A stretch of 64,000 bases of DNA from an uncultured Acidobacteriota bacterium. GTDB taxonomy: Bacteria; Acidobacteriota; UBA6911. Below, piece after piece: positions 1 through 10,473 of the stretch; positions within the stretch are counted from its first letter, which is position 1; each line of letters begins with the position of its first letter. The DNA lies in assembly GCA_963809485.1 (NCBI GenBank), contig CAWEJX010000008.1, positions 609,699 to 673,698 on the forward strand, given 5' to 3'. Position numbers and translations under genes: made by a program. The notes under the pieces were generated by a model that was not told the DNA's origin, ran no database searches, and saw only the letters and a program-made list of their open reading frames with translations.

Positions 1-119
1 CGTTTGCCACAGTGCCGCCGCAGAAAACTGTCCAGCGCGGAGCGCTGGCCCCTGCGGGGATCGGAAGCGCCTCATCGGCTTTTGCCCGCGTAGGTCAGCG
101 TTCAAGACCAGCGTAACTC

Positions 120-181
120 CTCCAACCGCTTTGAGCGGATGCAATCTTTCAAGCCTCCGGCTTTGCCGGAGGTGCCTGACT
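120..181 (+). mobile_element. Probable IS200/IS605-family right-end remnant (subterminal hairpins)
   Basis: CCGCTTTGAGCGG hairpin followed by AAGCCTCCGGCTTTGCCGGAGGT hairpin, resembling the 3' end of IS200-type elements; no tnpA inside window. Confidence 0.5.
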
Positions 182-224
182 AATGATTTGTTCCGCTATT
201 GTCGCGTGCCAGTAATCCTAATCC

Positions 225-1190
225 CTAATCAATCCGGGCGACGACGATGGAGTTGGAGAGCTCATTGACGATATAGGCGGTGCGGTTGTCGGGACCAATT
301 TTGATGTCGGTCGGCCCGCGGTCCACTTCGAATGTCTCAAAAACCAGGCTTTGCAGGTCCGCAGGCAGAAACGCCACATTGCGCGAAGCGTTGTTGACCA
401 CGAAGACCCGCTTCCCGTCCGGACTCACCGTGACGCCGAAAGGCATCTTCCCGATCGGGACCGTGATCATCACCTTCATCAACTGCGTGTCGATCACCGA
501 GAGATCGTTCGTGCGGCTGTTGGCGACAAATACGCGTTTGCCGTCCGGCGTGATGGCCATGCCGTCCGGAGCTTCCCCGACGGCGATCTTATGCTCCACG
601 GTTTTTCTGTTGGGGTCTACCACCCAGACTTCATTGTTTCCCCCAATCACCACAAAGACCATCTCCGTCACCGGCGAAACCACAACCCCGAAGGGCGAGA
701 TCCCGACCTTCATCGTCGCGGTCACCGTGTGATCGCGCAGATCGATGATGTGAAGCTGACCTTCGCGCGTCCGCCCGTAGTTGGTCACATAACCGCGGTA
801 TCCCCGCGGATCCACCGCCACCGAATTCGGATAGCCTCCGACCTTGATATCCTCGAGCACCCGGAATTTCACCAGGTCGACCACCGCAACCGTGCCGGAA
901 TCCTTGCAGGCCACCAGGGCTGTCCTTCCCTGGTCCGCGATCGCCAGGCCCAGCGGCGAGGAACCCACTTTGACGCTCTGGACAACGATTCTCTTGTCCA
1001 GGTCCACGGCCAGAAGCTCGTCCGAGCCGTAGGAAGTCACGTAGAGCGTTTTCCCATCCGGGCTCAAGGCGATGAAGTTGGGAGACTTGCCGACCTTTTT
1101 GATCCGGTAGGCTTCGACCGGGCCGCTGATACCAGGCAGCAGAAGAAACAATGACATCAGCAAAAGGATGACGGATTGCCTTCTCCTCAT
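225..1190 (-). CDS. Secreted YVTN/YncE-family beta-propeller protein
   Basis: Signal peptide plus repeated 'VGxxPxGxAxSPDGKRVFVAN' blades. Confidence 0.9.
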   Translation of the reverse strand: MRRRQSVILLLMSLFLLLPGISGPVEAYRIKKVGKSPNFIALSPDGKTLYVTSYGSDELLAVDLDKRIVVQSVKVGSSPLGLAIADQGRTALVACKDSGTVAVVDLVKFRVLEDIKVGGYPNSVAVDPRGYRGYVTNYGRTREGQLHIIDLRDHTVTATMKVGISPFGVVVSPVTEMVFVVIGGNNEVWVVDPNRKTVEHKIAVGEAPDGMAITPDGKRVFVANSRTNDLSVIDTQLMKVMITVPIGKMPFGVTVSPDGKRVFVVNNASRNVAFLPADLQSLVFETFEVDRGPTDIKIGPDNRTAYIVNELSNSIVVARID

Positions 1191-1200
1191 AGTTTCTTCC

Positions 1201-1944
1201 TCACTTTGTGGCCGCGATCAGGCTGAAAACCCCCGAATGCGGCGACTCCGGGACCTTCAGGCCCTGGATGATGACCTGGCGAAAACCGGCTCTGAAAAAC
1301 AGCTCGATGATCTCATCCCGATCATAGTATACCGCAAGGGCTTCCGTGGGATTCTTTTGCACATATCTGAGGTGCATCTTTTTCAGAAAAGAGGAAACGG
1401 AATTCCTGGCCGACTTCGGCTCCAGCATTTCGGCAAGGATCAGGTAACCGTTAGGGGAGAGAATCCTCAAAACTTCCGCCAGATATTGCTCGGCGGGATG
1501 GCGGTGAAAATCGAAGATGGAAACCGCCAGATCGCCGTAGCCGTCCTGCAGCGGCAGGCGAGGCTCCTGGAACTGCCTGAACTCGATCGATGGACTCAGG
1601 TTCAGATGGGAGGCTCTCTGCTTGGCGCGCTCCAGCAGCGTGATGTTGGTATCGAAGGAATAAATGCGTCCGGGAAACGTCTTCCGCCCCGCCAGCCTCA
1701 GCGCGAACGTCGCCGTGTCGGCTAGCATGTCGATGACGCGCAAACGCCCGGTGTCGACCACGAAGTCCACGATCTGATCGATGGTCAGGTAGTAGTCCAG
1801 CCCCGTCCTCCAGCGGAAAAACCGCGCGACACCTTCCTCGTACGTGTCGATCCTTGCCGGGAGATTTGCCAGAAACGGCCGCGGCTGGGGCGGCGAAAAA
1901 TCGAATTTTTTTTGCTGACTCTGCGGGGGATTTTCCCTTTTCAC
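1201..1944 (-). CDS. Class I SAM-dependent methyltransferase-like protein
   Basis: 'RVIDMLADTATF', 'LPLQDGYGDL', 'LAEVLRILSPNGYLILAE' methyltransferase-fold motifs (glycine-rich motif I degenerate). Confidence 0.7.
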   Translation of the reverse strand: MKRENPPQSQQKKFDFSPPQPRPFLANLPARIDTYEEGVARFFRWRTGLDYYLTIDQIVDFVVDTGRLRVIDMLADTATFALRLAGRKTFPGRIYSFDTNITLLERAKQRASHLNLSPSIEFRQFQEPRLPLQDGYGDLAVSIFDFHRHPAEQYLAEVLRILSPNGYLILAEMLEPKSARNSVSSFLKKMHLRYVQKNPTEALAVYYDRDEIIELFFRAGFRQVIIQGLKVPESPHSGVFSLIAATK

Positions 1945-2020
1945 ATGCCCTGATCCTGGTTCGAGATTCGAAATTCGAGATTATCAGAAAATCCCCAGCT
2001 TGGGAATGCTTGCCTGCATT

Positions 2021-2127
2021 TTAACGCTGACATACGCTGACAGGACGCTGACATACGCTGACAAAAAAATTATATAAATATTTTTATCGGCGTATGTCAG
2101 CGTTCCGTCGGCGTATGTCAGCGTTAA
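2021..2127. repeat. Complete ACGCYGAC palindromic element
   Basis: TTAA-4xACGCTGAC-AT core-4xGTCRGCGT-TAA; its end is the TAA stop of the 2124..3764 gene. Confidence 0.95.
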
Positions 2128-3764
2128 TATTTATTCAGCCGGTAGAGGGAAAAGTAGTCGGTTTTCAGTGCCAGGGTGTATGCGTTGGCCAGGCCGGGAT
2201 CCATGCGCAGGCGCTCCGAAACCGCATCGCCGGTTTCCGCGAACAGCCAGCCCACGGACCGCTGCGGATCGCGAAGCGCCGCATGCCAGAACACGCCTCT
2301 GCCCTCATTATAGATAAACTCCTTCACCGGCAAACCCGAGTCATAAACCAAAGGCGCCTGCCGTCCCATATCGATCAGGATTTTTTTGCCGTCGTAGTTC
2401 CCGCGCAGGTATTCCATCACCGCCCGCCTCTCCGGCTCAATAAAATCGTGCTCGAGAGTTTCCACCATCATGGGGCGGTTCTCCCTCTCCAAAGGCGGCA
2501 CCTGCACACCCAGCACGCACAGAACCAGAAGCGGCCACCGGTAGCAGTTTCGGGACCGGGCAATCATATAAAGCACCAGCGCCGCGGCCGGGACGAGGAG
2601 AAAACCCGGGCCGGGCGCAAGCCTTTCGCGCGGGTTGATCTGGGGAAGGTACCAGCTTATCCAGGGCAGCGCCATGACGGCCAGGGCGAGCAGCAGCATC
2701 GTGCGCTTCCGGGCCGCGTCTGAAGCAAGGACCAGGCTTCCAAAAATGGCGACGGCAGGTAGAAGAAGTACCGAGTAGCGCAGCCGGTAAATCAGCCCCC
2801 AGTAAAGAGCGGAAATATTGATAAGCGAAGGGATCCAGAGCAGCAGGAGCGGCGCGCGCGCCTTCCATTCCCGGCGCTGTGCTGCGAACAACAGGAGGCC
2901 GGCTGCAGCCGCCAGCAGCGGCAGGATCGCCGCCATCTGGGACACCTCTCCGAGGTGATAGAGCGCGGAAAGAAAAGGGCGCTTGTACGTCATGTAGGGA
3001 GACGGGTTCCCTTCGGCGACCCGCAGAAAGAAATTGTCCCCCAGCCGCCACAGGATGTAGCCGAAATGCGCGATGGCGGGCAGGGCAAAAATTCCCAGAT
3101 ACACCGCGCCGGCCTTTACAATCCTTTGACGCGGCAGCAGCTGCGTCCCGTAATCGATGGCCAGCAGCAGCATCACGCCGGCCAGAAAATACCAGCCTTC
3201 GTAGCGGCAGAAAGCGCCCAGGCTCGCCCAGACCGCTGGCATCCAGGGCAAACCGGATCCGCCGCCGGCGCGCCACGCCGCCAGGCTGTCCACGGCCAGC
3301 AGGAAGAGCATCATGTAGACCGGCTCGGTCAGCGGGCAGCTTTGCAGATACTCAAGGTTGGGATTGGCCAGCAAAACGATTGCGGCGAATGCGCCCGCGG
3401 CCTGCGACCCGGTAAAGCGCAGGGAAATTCTGTAAGCCAGAAAAACCGAAACCGCAAAAGAAAATACCGAAATCAGGCTGGGCAGGAAGCCGGACCGGTA
3501 CTGCGATTCAAAAATCACGAACGGCAGATAGAGCAGGTGAATCAGGGGCAGCCAATGCACGCCCATCTGGCTGTAGCCCGGCTCCAGCGAATCCACGAGG
3601 CGCCGCGCCACGAGCAGGTGCGCCTTCGCGTCGTAGTGCGCCGTCGTCAACCCGTGCGCGTAGTAATAAACAAAGCAGACTGCGCCAGCGGCCAGGCCGG
3701 CCAGAAAAATCAGCCGCCCGATCTTCCGGTCCTGCACCGGATCGTTTTCATTCAGAAATTGCAT
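2124..3764 (-). CDS. GT-C (ArnT/GT39-like) membrane glycosyltransferase
   Basis: Polytopic membrane protein with 'HYDAKAHL', 'WLPLIHLL', 'PLTEP', 'RYEGW' motifs; ATG overlaps asnS stop (TGATG). Confidence 0.75.
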   Translation of the reverse strand: MQFLNENDPVQDRKIGRLIFLAGLAAGAVCFVYYYAHGLTTAHYDAKAHLLVARRLVDSLEPGYSQMGVHWLPLIHLLYLPFVIFESQYRSGFLPSLISVFSFAVSVFLAYRISLRFTGSQAAGAFAAIVLLANPNLEYLQSCPLTEPVYMMLFLLAVDSLAAWRAGGGSGLPWMPAVWASLGAFCRYEGWYFLAGVMLLLAIDYGTQLLPRQRIVKAGAVYLGIFALPAIAHFGYILWRLGDNFFLRVAEGNPSPYMTYKRPFLSALYHLGEVSQMAAILPLLAAAAGLLLFAAQRREWKARAPLLLLWIPSLINISALYWGLIYRLRYSVLLLPAVAIFGSLVLASDAARKRTMLLLALAVMALPWISWYLPQINPRERLAPGPGFLLVPAAALVLYMIARSRNCYRWPLLVLCVLGVQVPPLERENRPMMVETLEHDFIEPERRAVMEYLRGNYDGKKILIDMGRQAPLVYDSGLPVKEFIYNEGRGVFWHAALRDPQRSVGWLFAETGDAVSERLRMDPGLANAYTLALKTDYFSLYRLNKY

Positions 3765-5056
3765 CAGGGGTAAATCCTGTAGAGCGTGCGCGGGAAGGCA
3801 ATCGTTTCGCGCAGGTGGCCCAGCTTGCAGAGCCACGACACCATTCTTTCAATCCCCATCCCGAAGCCCGAGTGCGGAACCGTTCCGTATTTGCGCAGGT
3901 CCAGGTACCACTGGAAAGGTTCTATGGAGAGGTTGTGTTCCTTGAGGCGCCTCATCAGCAAATCGTAATCGTGGATGCGCTGCCCCCCGCCGATGATTTC
4001 CCCGTATCCCTCGGGCGCCAGCACGTCCACGCACAGGGCGACTTCCGGCCGATCCGGATCGGGCTGCATGTAAAAAGCCTTAACCTCGGAAGGGTAGCGG
4101 TGCACCATGACCGGGGACGAGTACTGCTCGGAAACGATGGTTTCGTCCGTCCCTCCGAAATCCCCACCCCACCGGATCTCCGATCCCGCAGCCTGCATTT
4201 TTTTGACAGCCTCGTCGTAGCTCAGGCGCGGAAAGGGCTTCCTGATTTTTTCCAGGACGGAAATGTCCCGCTCCAGCACCTCGAGCTGCGCGCGCCGCTT
4301 CGTCAGCACACGCTCGACGATGAAACAGATGAGGCCTTCCGCAAGCTCCATCGTGTCTTCCAGAGTCGCATAGGCGACTTCGGGCTCCACCATCCAGAAT
4401 TCCATCAGGTGCCTGCGCGTCTTGGATTTTTCCGCCCGGAAGGTGGGTCCGAAGCAATAGACCTTCCCGAACGCCGCGGCCGTCGCCTCGTTGTACAGCT
4501 GCCCGCTCTGCGTCAGATAGGCCATTTGATCGAAATACTGCGTCTCAAAAAGCGTCGTGGTCCCCTCGCACGCGTTGGGAGTGAAAATCGGCGTGTCCAC
4601 GAGCGTGAAACCCCGGTCGTCGAAGTAGTCCCGGCACGCCTTGATGATTTCGTGGCGTATCTTCAGGATCGCGTGCTGGCGCGAACTGCGCAGCCACAGG
4701 TGCCGGTTCTCCATCAGAAACGCCGTCCCGTGCTCCTTGGGGGTTATGGGGTAGTTTTCCGCCAGCTGCAGGACACGGAACGCGCTGACGTCCATCTCAT
4801 ACCCGCCGGGCGATCGCGAATCCTTGCGCACCTTCCCGTCGATCTCGAGGCTCGATTCCTGCGTCAGCTTGTCGAGCGCCTCGAACTGCTCCGGCGCGAA
4901 ATTGCCCTTGAAGGCCACGCACTGCATAATCCCGGTTCCGTCGCGGAGCAGAATGAACTGCAGCTTCCCGCTGCTGCGCTTGTTGTACACCCATCCCCGC
5001 AGCGTTACTTCATTCCCCTCATGCGCACCCACATTTTCGATGTAAACAACTTCCAT
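3764..5056 (-). CDS. asnS: Asparagine--tRNA ligase
   Basis: OB-fold 'LRDGTG', 'RHLWLRS', 'YLTQSGQLY', '[12 protein letters not shown]', 'GFGMGIER'. Confidence 0.97.
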   Translation of the reverse strand: MEVVYIENVGAHEGNEVTLRGWVYNKRSSGKLQFILLRDGTGIMQCVAFKGNFAPEQFEALDKLTQESSLEIDGKVRKDSRSPGGYEMDVSAFRVLQLAENYPITPKEHGTAFLMENRHLWLRSSRQHAILKIRHEIIKACRDYFDDRGFTLVDTPIFTPNACEGTTTLFETQYFDQMAYLTQSGQLYNEATAAAFGKVYCFGPTFRAEKSKTRRHLMEFWMVEPEVAYATLEDTMELAEGLICFIVERVLTKRRAQLEVLERDISVLEKIRKPFPRLSYDEAVKKMQAAGSEIRWGGDFGGTDETIVSEQYSSPVMVHRYPSEVKAFYMQPDPDRPEVALCVDVLAPEGYGEIIGGGQRIHDYDLLMRRLKEHNLSIEPFQWYLDLRKYGTVPHSGFGMGIERMVSWLCKLGHLRETIAFPRTLYRIYP

Positions 5057-5071
5057 GTCGATCCTCTAAAT

Positions 5072-5154
5072 TTAACGCTGACGTACGCTGACTCAACGCC
5101 GACACACGCTGAAAAAGAGTTCTATAAATATTTTTTCAGCCTTCGTCAGCGTTA
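5072..5154. repeat. ACGCYGAC palindromic element (right arm shortened)
   Basis: 4 left motifs, AT core, 2 right motifs; overlaps the CYTH 3' end. Confidence 0.9.
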
Positions 5155-5714
5155 CTCAAAGGCTCAGCTTCAAAAACCATGTGGCGGGGAGTGATGCCCC
5201 GGCCCCGGCAATAGTCCAGGTACAGGGCATAATAGCTGGATTTGATGAACTGCGACGGGCCGAAACCCATTTTGGCCGCGAGCGACCGGATCTGTTCCTC
5301 CGATCCCTCGAATTCGACGTAGTTGCCCGCCGGAGTCTCATCCACGGCTACCACGACGCCATCGACCTCGAACTCCCTCCGATATTTCTGATAGCGGAAC
5401 CACAGGCGCAGCCCGATGCGGGCCAGGATGCAATCCATCAACGATCCGTCTTCCAGGCGCGTTTCCAGCTCTTCGCGCGACTTGAAAATCCCCTCCCTGC
5501 GCGGCGGCCCCTTATAGGTGAGCAGGGATTCACCCCGGGCAAAACGTATGCGCACAAGGCACTGCGAGCTGCGGAGCCTCCCGTCGGGAAAGTCGAGCAG
5601 GTGGTTGTCCTCAAAATGCCTGGGCGACAAAATTTTCGCATCCCGGGCGTCCAGCCTGCGGCAGAACTCATCCGGATTGTCGATCTGGATTTTGATCTCG
5701 GTTTCAGTGCTCAA
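5136..5714 (-). CDS. CYTH-domain protein (class IV adenylate cyclase-like)
   Basis: N-terminal ExExK motif 'ETEIKI', 'LTYKGP', 'REELET', 'YQKYRREF'. Confidence 0.9.
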   Translation of the reverse strand: MSTETEIKIQIDNPDEFCRRLDARDAKILSPRHFEDNHLLDFPDGRLRSSQCLVRIRFARGESLLTYKGPPRREGIFKSREELETRLEDGSLMDCILARIGLRLWFRYQKYRREFEVDGVVVAVDETPAGNYVEFEGSEEQIRSLAAKMGFGPSQFIKSSYYALYLDYCRGRGITPRHMVFEAEPLSNADEG

Positions 5715-5748
5715 TGCCCCCGCCCCAGTCTTGAGTTTCGTGTCCTGT

Positions 5749-6747
5749 TCACACCCGGTGCCGGCGCAAAACGACGCCGCACTCGCGCAACAGCTCCAGC
5801 GACGGCTGATTCATCGGATAGTCCTGGTTGTAGACGACTTCAACGATGCCGCTGTTGATGATCATCTTGGTGCATTGCAGGCAGGGGGCCAGGGTGGTGT
5901 AAAGGGTCGACCCTTTCAGGCGCGTCCCGTAATAAGCCGCCTGGGTGATGGCGTTCTCCTCGCCGTGGCTGCAGAGGCATTCGTCCAGGGCCGTGCCGCT
6001 TTCGGCCATGCTGTTGCAGCGGGGGCATCCGCCTTCGTTGCAGTTTTTGGCGCCACGGGGCGTGCCGTTATAGCCGGTCGATATAATCCTTCTTTCGTTC
6101 ACGATGATGGCCGCGACCTTCCGCTTCATGCAGTTGCTGCGCGTCGCGACCACTTTGGCGATGCTCATGAAGTAGTCGTCCCAGGAAGGGCGGTCGAAGC
6201 CCCTCATCAGCGAAGGTATCATGGAATCCAGTTGGCGGTGCAGGCCGTCCAGCATGCCGTTGTTGTCCACGACCAGGTCCGCTTCCCGCCGCGTGGCATC
6301 GAGTTGCTGGCTAGCCGGATCGCCCGACTCGAGTTCGCGGGCCTCTTCGGCGGCAAACTGATCGAGAGTCCCGGCCGCGTTCTCCCTCCCCCGCTCGCGG
6401 CTGCGCTCGAAGCGAACCGCCTGGTCCGCCTCCAGGGCCATCAGCGTGAAATCCTTGCGGCGCCTCAATACCGCGACTTCCTGAGGATTGCGGATCGAGT
6501 CGACGACGTAGTTGCGCTCGTTTCCCAGCTTGCTCAGAATCCTCTCCGCCAGCACCCCGGGACCGAACTGGCGCCTCAGCTCGTTGCCGGTTTGGATGAG
6601 CACATCGCGGCTCATCTCGAGCCCTCTGCTGCGCACTTCCTCGCGTATCTCGTCCGAGAGAGAATAGTACTCGAATCCGCGGCTTTTCAGGTATTCCGCA
6701 ACCGCCGTCTTCCCGGAGCCGTTCTTTCCCGTCAGTCCGATGATCAT
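5749..6747 (-). CDS. P-loop nucleotide kinase / dCMP deaminase fusion
   Basis: Walker A 'GKNGSGKT' N-domain; 'RPSWDDYFM', 'GYNGTP', 'HGEENAI', 'PCLQC' Zn-deaminase motifs. Confidence 0.9.
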   Translation of the reverse strand: MIIGLTGKNGSGKTAVAEYLKSRGFEYYSLSDEIREEVRSRGLEMSRDVLIQTGNELRRQFGPGVLAERILSKLGNERNYVVDSIRNPQEVAVLRRRKDFTLMALEADQAVRFERSRERGRENAAGTLDQFAAEEARELESGDPASQQLDATRREADLVVDNNGMLDGLHRQLDSMIPSLMRGFDRPSWDDYFMSIAKVVATRSNCMKRKVAAIIVNERRIISTGYNGTPRGAKNCNEGGCPRCNSMAESGTALDECLCSHGEENAITQAAYYGTRLKGSTLYTTLAPCLQCTKMIINSGIVEVVYNQDYPMNQPSLELLRECGVVLRRHRV

Positions 6748-6805
6748 AGGGACAGAATGTTAGCATAAATAGGGTAATCGGGGAAAAAAGGTTGAAGGCA
6801 AGGTG

Positions 6806-6872
6806 GAACGTTGCACGTTTGCACGTTTGAACGTTAGAACGTTCAACGTTCAACGTTCTAACGTTCAACGTT
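6806..6872. repeat. AACGTT-based 7-8 bp short tandem repeat tract
   Basis: About 9 units of (A/C)ACGTT plus 1-2 nt, downstream of the namZ stop. Confidence 0.85.
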
Positions 6873-6875
6873 TTT

Positions 6876-8046
6876 TCAATAGATCAGGTATTGGGCGCGC
6901 TGCCGCAGAAACCCGTTGACGTCCTCCTGCCAGCTTTGCCTGATTTGGGAGAGCGGCGCCTGCTGCTCGATCATTTGAGCGATTCCCTTCCCGCCGGACA
7001 AAATGTCGAACGGCAGTTTTTCGTATTCGTACTCGTAGGGCGGCTCGCGCCATTGGAAGGAATCCGGGTAAAGGGCGCGCGCGGCCGAAATCACCGCGAT
7101 GCCGGTCAGATACGGCTCGAACTTCTCCCGGTCGGTGACGTGTATCTGGATCCCCCCGCACATCTGCCCGGCCCATTTTTGAAACGTGGGCTGAAAATAC
7201 GCCGCCCGGAACCATACGCCGGGAAGGCCCTGCGCATTCAGTCGCCCGGCAAAGGCGCGGCTGTCGATAAATGGAGCGCCGATCAGCTCAAATGGCCGCG
7301 TCGTGCCGCGGCCCTCGGACAGACCGGTCCCTTCAACCAAAACCGTTCCGGGATAGACGGTAGCGGAATCCAGCGTGGGCAGATTGGGCGAGGGCTGAAC
7401 CCATGGAAGCCCTGTTTGGTCGAACCAGTGATCTCTCTTCCACCCCTGCATTTCGATCACGGTCAGGCTGCAGCCTATTCCGTATTCCGCATTGAAAAGA
7501 CGGGCCAGTTCGCCCGCCGTCATCCCGTGGCGCATAGGCAGCGGGTAGCGCCCGACAAAGGAACGGAATTCCGGGTCGAGCAGATTCCCTTCCACATCCC
7601 TTCCGTTGACGGGATTGGGCCGGTCGAGCACCACCATCTCTTTCCCGGACCGCGCGCAGGCCTCCATGCAGTAGGCCATCGTATATATAAAGGTATAGAC
7701 ACGCGTGCCAACGTCCTGGAGGTCGTACAGGAGCACGTCAAGCCCCTGGAGCATTTCCTCCGTCGGCCAGCGTGTCTCGCCGTAGAGGCTGTGTACGGGC
7801 AGGCCCGTATGAGGGTCCCGGTAAAACTCCGACTCGACCATGTTGTCCTGCTTTTCGCCCCTGGCGCCGTGTTGCGGGCCGAAAAGTGACGCCAGCCGGA
7901 ACTCCCCGCACTCTATCAGGGCATCCGCCGTATGCCTGAAGTCCGGAAGCACCGAGGCCGGGTGGACCACCGCACCCACTCGCGCCCCGCGTATCCGATC
8001 CCTGCGATCATTCAGAAGAACCTCGATACCCGGCTTCACCGCCATC
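6876..8046 (-). CDS. namZ: Exo-beta-N-acetylmuramidase NamZ (DUF1343) family
   Basis: 'LFGPQHG', 'DLQDVGTRVYTF', 'DRPNP', 'RHGMTAGELA', 'EGRGTTRPFE'; start at MAVKPG. Confidence 0.9.
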
Positions 8047-8100
8047 GCCTCACCTCGTTCCTGGTCATATCTGATGAGCACGGGGCTCATCGGCACATTT

Positions 8101-8178
8101 ATAACGCTGACCCACGCCGATCGGACGCCGACGAACGCTGAAAAATTCTATATTTTTCCCGGCGTGGGTCAGCGTTAA
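8101..8178. repeat. ACGCYGAC palindromic element (right arm shortened)
   Basis: Same motif array in the divergent intergenic region. Confidence 0.9.
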
Positions 8179-8294
8179 TTTTTTCCGATTGGGCTACTAC
8201 TTTATTTTCACCCATCGAACGGGTCCGGAGACCCATCCTCTCATTGCGCTTGACTTGAAAAAACCGTTATATTTCAATTATCAGTACTCGCGCT

Positions 8295-8849
8295 ATGGAA
8301 CATACGCTGGTTTTGAATGCGACCTATGAACCCATCAACATCGTGTCCTGGAAACGCGCGCTCAGACTGCTCTACCAGGGCAAGGTCGAGGTGTTGGCCG
8401 AATACGACCAGGAGATCCGGAGCATCAGCTTCACCATCAAAATGCCCAGCGTCCTGCGCCTCCTGCGCTATGTCAAGATCCGGAAGCGTTATCAGCACGT
8501 GAAGTTCTGCAGGGCGAACATCTACGCGCGCGATCACAATACCTGCCAGTATTGCGGGAAAAAGTGCTCCACGGACGACCTCACCTTCGACCATGTTATC
8601 CCCGTCGTCAAGGAAGGCGAGAAAACCTGGGAGAACATCGTCACCTGCTGCATAGACTGCAACCATAAAAAAGGAGGACGCACGCCGGAAGAAGCCGGTA
8701 TGCGCCTGATACGGCATCCCAAAGAACCGGAGTGGGTCCCCACCATGCTGCACGTCACCATCGGGTTCCGCAGCGCCCCGGAAACATGGCGCGATTACCT
8801 CTATTGGAACGTCGAGCTCGAATCCGATTTGAACGCTGACTCACGCTGA
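8295..8849 (+). CDS. HNH endonuclease (McrA/HNH_5-like, stand-alone)
   Basis: 'TLVLNATYEP', 'RDHNTCQYCG', 'TFDHVIP', 'WENIVTCCIDCNHKKG'. Confidence 0.92.
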   Translation: MEHTLVLNATYEPINIVSWKRALRLLYQGKVEVLAEYDQEIRSISFTIKMPSVLRLLRYVKIRKRYQHVKFCRANIYARDHNTCQYCGKKCSTDDLTFDHVIPVVKEGEKTWENIVTCCIDCNHKKGGRTPEEAGMRLIRHPKEPEWVPTMLHVTIGFRSAPETWRDYLYWNVELESDLNADSR

Positions 8850-9216
8850 CAGGACGCCGACGAACGCTGAAAAAAAATAAACTTTTCAGACTCGGTTGGC
8901 GCTGCCCTGGTGAAATTTGGCATCAGCAATCAGATTTCGGGAAATAAATGGCCTGCTTGCGAAACAATAATACCGGCGGATTATATGTCGGAAGACCCAA
9001 CACTTCACGATTTGGAACGTCGAGCTCGAATCCGATTTGAACGCTGACTCACGCTGACAAGACGCCGACGAACGCTGAAAAAAATTAAACTTTTCAGACT
9101 CGGGTGGCGCTGCCCTGGTGAAATTTGGCATCAGCAATCAGATTTCGGGAAATAAATGGCCTGCTTGCGAAACAATAATACCGGCGGATTATATGTCGGA
9201 AGACCCAACACTTCAC
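8804..9216 (+). repeat. Tandem direct duplication, 208-bp period (HNH 3' end + half element + dprA 5' region)
   Basis: 8804-9008 nearly identical to 9012-9216. Confidence 0.95.
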
Positions 9217-10335
9217 AATCTCGAATCCTTAACAAAGTCCGCCATCGAGGTCACGCTGCTGCCGGGCGTGGGCTACCTCGCGCAAAACCGCATCTGGAAG
9301 GCGTTTCCGGATATTTCCGAGTTTTTTTCGGCGGACGAGCCCTCCCTGGCCGCGCTTGGTATCTCTTCCGAGACGCTCCCGGTGCTACGCTCCAGGGCCT
9401 GCCGGGCCATCGCCGCGGAGATTTTCGACTGGTGCGCCCGCGAGGATTGCCGGCTGCTGGTCCGCGGACAGCCCGGATACCCTTCCCTGCTGGATGAAAT
9501 ATACGATCCGCCGCTGGTCCTGTATGCGCGCGGCTGCCTGGAGATTCCGGCAAATCCCTGCATCGCGATTGTGGGAACACGCAAGCCGACAATTTACGGG
9601 CTGCAAATGGCGCAGGGGATCGCGTCAGACCTGGCCGGCAGAGGCCTTTGCATCGCCAGCGGCCTGGCCCGCGGCATCGATGCCGCCGCGCACCGCGGCT
9701 GCCTGGATGCGAACGGCAAGACCATCGCGGTGCTCGGCTGCGGCATCGACGTCGTCTACCCGAAGGAGCACCGCCAGCTCGTCCGCAAAATTGCGCAAAA
9801 CGGATTGCTGCTTTCGGAATTCGTTCCCGGCACCCCGCCTTCGCCGCAGAATTTCCCGGTGCGCAACCGCATCATCAGCGGCCTGGCTCTGGGCACCCTC
9901 ATCGTCGAAGCCAGCGAATACAGCGGATCGCTGATCACCGCCAGGCTGGCCATGGAGCAGAACCGGGAAGTGTTCGCCTTGCCGGGCAACCTGACGTCGC
10001 CGCAAAGCTTCGGGCCCAATTTTCTGATCAAACAGGGCGCGAAGCTCGTCCAATCCTGGCGCGATGTGGTGGAAGAGCTGCCCTCGGAGCTTCGGCGCGA
10101 AATATTGATCAGGGAAGATACACCTTGCCCAAAACCGGGCCTGGGACTGTTGTCCAGGGACGAAGAAAGCGTCCTGGGCCTTCTGAAAGCGGACGAGGCA
10201 GTGCAATTCGATAAAATATACCGCGCCAGCGGCCTCGGCATCCCCCAGTTGAGCGGATTGATGCTGAGTCTAGAGATGCAGGGGTATATTCGCCAGCTGC
10301 CGGGGAATCTTTATGTGCGGATCGTTAAACGTTGA
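9193..10335 (+). CDS. dprA: DNA-processing protein DprA
   Basis: 'AIVGTRKPT', 'SGLARGIDAAAH', 'FPVRNRIISGL', 'SGSLITA'; adjacent to topA. Confidence 0.95.
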   Translation: MSEDPTLHNLESLTKSAIEVTLLPGVGYLAQNRIWKAFPDISEFFSADEPSLAALGISSETLPVLRSRACRAIAAEIFDWCAREDCRLLVRGQPGYPSLLDEIYDPPLVLYARGCLEIPANPCIAIVGTRKPTIYGLQMAQGIASDLAGRGLCIASGLARGIDAAAHRGCLDANGKTIAVLGCGIDVVYPKEHRQLVRKIAQNGLLLSEFVPGTPPSPQNFPVRNRIISGLALGTLIVEASEYSGSLITARLAMEQNREVFALPGNLTSPQSFGPNFLIKQGAKLVQSWRDVVEELPSELRREILIREDTPCPKPGLGLLSRDEESVLGLLKADEAVQFDKIYRASGLGIPQLSGLMLSLEMQGYIRQLPGNLYVRIVKR

Positions 10336-10394
10336 ACGTTTAAACGTTTGAACGTTGAACGTTGGAACGTGCAAACGTGTTAACGTTCCAACGT
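10323..10394. repeat. AACGTT-based short tandem repeat tract
   Basis: About 9 AACGT(T/G) units overlapping the dprA stop. Confidence 0.85.
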
Positions 10395-10473
10395 GCGATC
10401 CCTGGGCAAAATCTGGAGGTTATGATAATTTTGCTTGGAATTTTCTTAGGGTTAGTATAGCTTGCGCGCTTCT

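Noticed and set aside
8295-8849. HNH nuclease as mobiliser of the palindromic element
   Set aside because: It is a widespread stand-alone HNH family; adjacency is uninformative because many genes here border an element.
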